Shown here piece after piece: positions 59,664-64,000 of a stretch of DNA of 64,000 nt. Each line of letters opens with the position of its first letter. The stretch's first letter is position 1. The notes under the pieces are model-generated. The model was given only the letters and a program-made list of their open reading frames with translations. It was not told where the DNA came from and did no database searches. Source of the stretch: Myxococcota bacterium (lineage in GTDB: Bacteria; Myxococcota_A; UBA796; SXON01); contig JAZKFH010000057.1 of the NCBI GenBank assembly GCA_040386535.1, forward strand, positions 13,331 to 77,330. Reading direction: 5' to 3'. A program made the translations under genes and the position numbers.

Positions 59664-60471
59664 GGTCCGCGAGCGGCCGGGTGACGGGCACCTTGCCGAC
59701 ACACGTGCGGCAGATGTCCTTCTTGAACTCGCCGCGGAGCAGCTCGCGTCGTGTCGCGCGGAAGCTCGGAAGGTCCCAGAGCTCGGTGAGGCGGGTGGTG
59801 CCGAGGTCGCCCCAGTCCTCCACCCCGTAGTAGTCGTTGGGGCACAACTTGAGCTTGCCCCACGCGTCGACCACCAGCGTGCTCGCCGGGGCGTGGCAGC
59901 TCGACATGTGCAGCTCCCGGGCGCCGAACAGCACGGTGCCGCCCCGGTTGAACGGCGCCTTCACGTCGTCCTGGAAGTGCCGCACGAGGAAATGGCGCCG
60001 GAACGTCCACCACGGGAGGCTCGCGCGGGTCTTGCGGAAGGCCTCGGACTCGGCGGACTCGAAGGTGACGACGAACAGGCTCACGCCCGCGTCCAGCAGC
60101 GCGCGGGCCTTCTGCGGCGTGAGCGCGTCGCCGTTCGAGTAGATCACGATACGCGCGCCCGGCAGCCGCTTCTTCGCCTCGGCCATCAGGCGCGGCAGGC
60201 GCGGGTCGAGCAGCGGCTCGCCGAAGAAGTGGGGGGACAGCCGCCCGCGAAAGCCGATGGCCGCGAGCTGGTCGAGGATGGAGAAGAACAGGTCCTCCTT
60301 CATCTCGTGGCCGGGGCGCGGGTCGACCGCCACGGGGCAGTAGTGGCAGCCGCGGTTGCAGCGGCTGTTCGTCTCGATCTCGACGCGGTGGAACCGATCC
60401 GGGAGGATCCAGCGCCGCAGGGGCACCTCGACCGCCTTCAGAGAGTCGAGCGCGTCGAAGAACAAGGACAT
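59656..60471 (-). CDS. Radical SAM protein with a SPASM/Twitch domain
   Basis: CNRGCHYC; GEPLL; SNG; NRGG; C..P..VDAWG..LC..D..G..W..CRTC. Confidence 0.9.
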   Translation of the reverse strand: MSLFFDALDSLKAVEVPLRRWILPDRFHRVEIETNSRCNRGCHYCPVAVDPRPGHEMKEDLFFSILDQLAAIGFRGRLSPHFFGEPLLDPRLPRLMAEAKKRLPGARIVIYSNGDALTPQKARALLDAGVSLFVVTFESAESEAFRKTRASLPWWTFRRHFLVRHFQDDVKAPFNRGGTVLFGARELHMSSCHAPASTLVVDAWGKLKLCPNDYYGVEDWGDLGTTRLTELWDLPSFRATRRELLRGEFKKDICRTCVGKVPVTRPLADHG

Positions 60472-60587
60472 CGCGGGCGCATGGTAGCGCAGGTGGAGCG
60501 GGTGCGGGCGCGCGCCCCGAACGTGCAGCATACTGGCGTCATCCGAGCCGGCCGCCACGGAGCCCGCATGATCGTCGAGGGTCCCGC

Positions 60588-61361
60588 ATGACCGAAACAC
60601 TGCCGCCGCTGCTGGCCGGGCTCGCGTGCGCCGCCGCCTTCCTCGCGGGCCTGGTCGACGCCGTCGCGGGCGGCGGGGGCCTCATCCAGCTCCCCGCGCT
60701 GCTCGTGTTGTTCCCGGACGCGCCCGTGCCGTCGCTGCTCGGCACCAACAAGGTCGCGAGTATCTCGGGCACCACCGCCGCCTTGTATCGATACATCCGC
60801 GCGCGGGTGCCGATCCCGTGGCGCGCCGTCGCCCCCGCCGCCGTCGCCGCGTTCGCCGGCAGCTTCGCGGGCGCGCGCCTCGCGACCCATCTCCCCAAGG
60901 AGTGGATGCGGCCCGTGGTGGTCGTCCTGTTCGCCGGGGTCGCGGTGTTCACCTTCGCCCGCAAGGACTTCGGCGCCCTCGCGCGCGAGCCACACCCCGC
61001 CTCGGTCCCCGCCGCGATCCTCATGGGGGCGCTGCTCGGCGCCTACGATGGCTTCTTCGGCCCGGGCACCGGCACCTTCCTGCTCTTCGGCTTCATCGGC
61101 CTGCTCGGCCTCGATTTTCTCGGTGCCTCCGCGGCGTCCAAGGTGGTCAACGTCGCCACCAACCTCGCAGCCATCCTCGCGTTCGCGTGGGCGGGCCACA
61201 TCTGGTGGGCGCTCGCGCTCCCCATGGCGGCCTGCAACATCGCCGGCTCGCAGATCGGCAGCCGCCTCGCCCTCGCGAACGGGGCGCCGTTCGTGCGCCG
61301 CTTGTTCCTCGGCGTCGTGTTGTTGATGCTCGGGCGCATGACGTGGGAGGTGGTGGGGTGA
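60588..61361 (+). CDS. TSUP (TauE/SafE, YfcA-like) transporter
   Basis: DAVAGGGGLIQLPAL, GTNK and YDGFFGPGTGTF motifs. Confidence 0.92.
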   Translation: MTETLPPLLAGLACAAAFLAGLVDAVAGGGGLIQLPALLVLFPDAPVPSLLGTNKVASISGTTAALYRYIRARVPIPWRAVAPAAVAAFAGSFAGARLATHLPKEWMRPVVVVLFAGVAVFTFARKDFGALAREPHPASVPAAILMGALLGAYDGFFGPGTGTFLLFGFIGLLGLDFLGASAASKVVNVATNLAAILAFAWAGHIWWALALPMAACNIAGSQIGSRLALANGAPFVRRLFLGVVLLMLGRMTWEVVG

Positions 61362-62401
61362 CCGTCCCCGCCGAGCCGCAAGAGGCGCTCGTGCTGGCCG
61401 CCACGGTGCGCGTCGAGGCGGTCGACTGGCTCGGTCGGGCGCGGACGGGGCTCGGGGTGGTCGTCGGAACCGAGGGGCGCGTGCTCGTCCCCACGCGCCT
61501 CGTGGCGCACGCGGAGACGCTTCGGCTCACGTTCACGGACGGCGTTCCGCGCCAGGACGTCGGCGTGGTCTGGGTCGATCACGGCCGGGACCTCGCGCTG
61601 CTCGCCCTCGACCAGCCGTGCGCGGGCCTCCCCGTCCGTGCCGATACAATCGCCGTAGACGAGCCCGTCTTCGCGATGGGCGCCGACGGCACGGTCGCGG
61701 CGGGGCGCGTCACGTGGTTGGCCGGGGTCCGGCTGACACACGACGCACCCGGCGCGCTCGGTGGCGCGGTGGTCGACACGGGCGGTCGGCTCTTGGGGAT
61801 AGGGGGCTACGAGTACGACGGCGCCTACCCGATCGAGCCCGGCGAGCGCCGCGAGACCCCCGCGTTCGACGCCCCCCCGTACGACCCCGCCGCCGTCGTG
61901 ACCCGGCCCACCCTGGCCGTGCCCTGGACCGTGGCGCCCACCGCGCGGGCGACACATCTCGGCGGCGCCCAGCTCGGCGGCCAGCGGCTCGGCGAGGCGA
62001 GCACGCCCGCGTTCGGCGGTTGGGGGGTGCCGTTTCGTGGGCTCCGGCAGGGCATCGAATCGCTCGACGCCGAGCTCGAGGACGTCCGGGTGGACATCCA
62101 GTGGGTGCAGGCGCGCGCCGCCGCCGTCGCCGTGACCCACACGTTCAGTCGGAACGCCACCGATTCCACCGGTCGCCTCGCCGGAACACCGCGCAGCCGG
62201 GCACGCGGCAACCTCGCGCTCGTGCTGGACGAGCACGACTGGGCCGGCTGGTCGGCCACACGCATCACGGCGGCCCCGGGCCTCCTCGTGTTCCACCTCG
62301 TCAAGGGGAGCTACCGACGCACCCTCACCGAGGCTTGCGACGCGGGCGGCACGCGCTGCTCCCTGACGCTCATCCAGGAGGCCACTCCGCCGGCCGGGTG
62401 A
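61358..62401 (+). CDS. Trypsin-like (S1C-type) fold protein, probably catalytically inactive
   Basis: GLGVVV..G.VL; DLALL present, but the His and Ser motifs read VPTRLV and GALGG. Confidence 0.6.
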   Translation: MTVPAEPQEALVLAATVRVEAVDWLGRARTGLGVVVGTEGRVLVPTRLVAHAETLRLTFTDGVPRQDVGVVWVDHGRDLALLALDQPCAGLPVRADTIAVDEPVFAMGADGTVAAGRVTWLAGVRLTHDAPGALGGAVVDTGGRLLGIGGYEYDGAYPIEPGERRETPAFDAPPYDPAAVVTRPTLAVPWTVAPTARATHLGGAQLGGQRLGEASTPAFGGWGVPFRGLRQGIESLDAELEDVRVDIQWVQARAAAVAVTHTFSRNATDSTGRLAGTPRSRARGNLALVLDEHDWAGWSATRITAAPGLLVFHLVKGSYRRTLTEACDAGGTRCSLTLIQEATPPAG

Positions 62402-62437
62402 TGTATCACCGATACATGTATCAGCCGCCTGATACAT
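62401..62437. promoter_or_regulatory. Overlapping ATGTATC/GATACAT palindromes
   Basis: ATGTATC-ACC-GATACAT (62401-17) and ATGTATCAG-CCGC-CTGATACAT (62416-37). Confidence 0.5.
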
Positions 62438-62483
62438 ACCATGATTCACCGCCTCGAAGCTGGACGGTGCCTAGGTATCCGCC

Positions 62484-63545
62484 ATGCCGGTACCCGCCCT
62501 CCCCCCGCTGTACGCCCGCTGGATGGACGCCCATCTCGGCGGCCACATCCCCGAAGAGACCCGCGCCACCTGCTCCAGCTGCGCCATGGCCCCGCCGCAG
62601 GGCGAGCCGATGGGGCCCGGCCAGTTCGACCCCACCACGAAGTGTTGCACCTACGTGCCGCGCCTCCCCAACTTCCTCGTGGGCGCCGTGCTCGCCGACG
62701 AGGACGCCGCCAGCGCCCCCGGCCGCGCCACCATCGAGGGGCGCATCATCGCCGGGGTGGGTGTCAGCCCGCTCGGCCTCGCGCGGCCGCCCGCGTGGGA
62801 TCTGGTGTATCGCCACGGCGTCGTGCGCTCCGACACCGCCTTCGGGCGCACCCGCTCCTTGCGGTGCCCACATTTTCTGCCCGACGGGCAATGCGGCATC
62901 TGGAAACACCGCGAGGGCGTGTGCGCGACCTGGTACTGCCGCAACGACCGAGGCGCCGTCGGGTTCGCGTTCTGGGAGGCGCTCGGCGCATATTTAGGCG
63001 TGCTCGAGCGCGCGCTCGCCTACGACGCCGTGCTCGCCATGGGACTCGACGGCCCCGCGCTCGACCAGCTCGTCGACGGCCCGCCCCCGGTCGACGGCCC
63101 CGCCCTCGACGGCCGCCCGAGCCTCGGCGCGCGCCGGCGGGTCTGGGGCCACTGGGTCGAGCACGAGCGCGAGATGTACGTCGCCACCGCCGCCCGCGTG
63201 GAGCGCATGAACTGGAGCGAGGTGCGTCGCGCCGCCGGCCCCCTCGGCGAGGCGCACGGCCTGGTCGTCGTGCGCGCCTGGGAGGCGCTGGTGTGGGCGT
63301 CGACCCCGGCGCGGCTCCGGCTCACCCGCCTCGGCAGCGTGGACATCGGGCCGGACACCACCGCCATCGTGACGCATCGCGCCTACGATCCCATCGAGGT
63401 GCCGAGCAAGCTCCTCCCGCTGCTCGCCCGCTTCGACGGCCGCCCCGCCGAGGTCGTCCGCGCCGAGCTCGAACGGGAGGGCGCCCCGGTCGACGCCGCG
63501 GTGGTCCAGCGGCTGGTGGACTGGGGGGTGCTGGTCGAGGCGTGA
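62484..63545 (+). CDS. Cys-cluster protein (YkgJ/CxxCxxCC-like) with a C-terminal winged-helix-like tail
   Basis: CSSC, KCCTY, CPHF and CGIW..R..VCATWYC motifs; ends VQRLVDWGVLV. Confidence 0.75.
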   Translation: MPVPALPPLYARWMDAHLGGHIPEETRATCSSCAMAPPQGEPMGPGQFDPTTKCCTYVPRLPNFLVGAVLADEDAASAPGRATIEGRIIAGVGVSPLGLARPPAWDLVYRHGVVRSDTAFGRTRSLRCPHFLPDGQCGIWKHREGVCATWYCRNDRGAVGFAFWEALGAYLGVLERALAYDAVLAMGLDGPALDQLVDGPPPVDGPALDGRPSLGARRRVWGHWVEHEREMYVATAARVERMNWSEVRRAAGPLGEAHGLVVVRAWEALVWASTPARLRLTRLGSVDIGPDTTAIVTHRAYDPIEVPSKLLPLLARFDGRPAEVVRAELEREGAPVDAAVVQRLVDWGVLVEA

Positions 63546-63553
63546 GCCGCGCG

Positions 63554-63618
63554 GATACACCGATACATCTGATACATCGACACACCGATACACCGACACA
63601 CCGATACACCGACACATC
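63554..63618. repeat. Octamer tandem repeat GA(T/C)ACA(C/T)C x8
   Basis: Read directly; one unit has a 1-nt insertion. Confidence 0.9.
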
Positions 63619-63756
63619 GGGGCGCCCCGCCTCGCCGAGCCTCGGCGTCGCCGTGCTGTGGGCTCGGCCTTCGGCCTCGGTCCGTCGGCCCCGAGCGGCC
63701 GTCGGGACCGCGGCCCGCCCGAGCGCGGGCCGCGCCCTCCGCATGGCTGGCGCGGG
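63619..63756 (+). repeat. Multi-hairpin intergenic repeat, family H, copy 5
   Basis: GGGCGCCCC..GTCG..GGCTCG-GCCTTCGGC-CTCGGTCC..GGGACCGCGGCC..CTGGCGCGGG. Confidence 0.65.
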
Positions 63757-63852
63757 AACCCCGCTGGTAGAGCGTGACCCTAGCGGCGGGTGTGCGGACC
63801 TCGACGCGTTTCCGCCGGAGCCTGGTTCCTCCGCTCCTCCTTCTCCTTCGTT

Positions 63853-63939
63853 CTCCTGCTTTCCTTGTTTCCTGCATTCCTGCTCTCCGGAAATCCGGAG
63901 CCGGAAAAGCAGGAAGGCAGGAATGAAGGAAGGCAGGAA
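63853..63939. repeat. Inverted octamer arrays (TTCCTGCN)x4 / (NGCAGGAA)x4 around a hairpin
   Basis: Left arm 63853-63884; CTCCGGA-AA-TCCGGAG at 63885-63900; right arm 63908-63939. Confidence 0.85.
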
Positions 63940-64000
63940 GGGGACTTACCACGGGATGCGGATCCATCAATTACCCAATCCTATTGCGAACAATTTACTT

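Overview
A very GC-rich bacterial chromosomal segment. The gene content (many lipoproteins, a TonB receptor, a GldA/F/G-like ABC transporter, CotH kinases, a sigma54 two-component system) suggests a Gram-negative, probably Myxococcota-like organism; this is inference only. I can support about 55 CDS, mostly envelope, secreted, transport, glycan-modification and regulatory proteins. I found no rRNA, tRNA, CRISPR array, transposase or integrase. The most unusual content is non-coding. (1) A 310-380 bp element occurs three times. It has imperfect terminal inverted repeats, degenerate 10-bp flanking duplications, and four GTCATG-N6-TSAAYGC boxes placed symmetrically around a 105-bp core. One copy has about 763 bp of gene-bearing cargo inserted precisely in that core. 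(2) A second, multi-hairpin repeat family has five copies, with conserved junctions and variable hairpins, several with C(GNA)G loops. (3) Two related hairpin arrays share a 51-bp period. (4) A candidate multibranch sRNA has two C7 tracts. Protein-level oddities include ultra-short lipoprotein signal peptides, four CotH paralogs (three with a non-canonical WDxD motif), three paralogous LTxxQ-like proteins heading a GT-C/GT/TPR cluster, and a radical-SAM/DegT pair. All product calls come from motifs read by eye; no database search was run.
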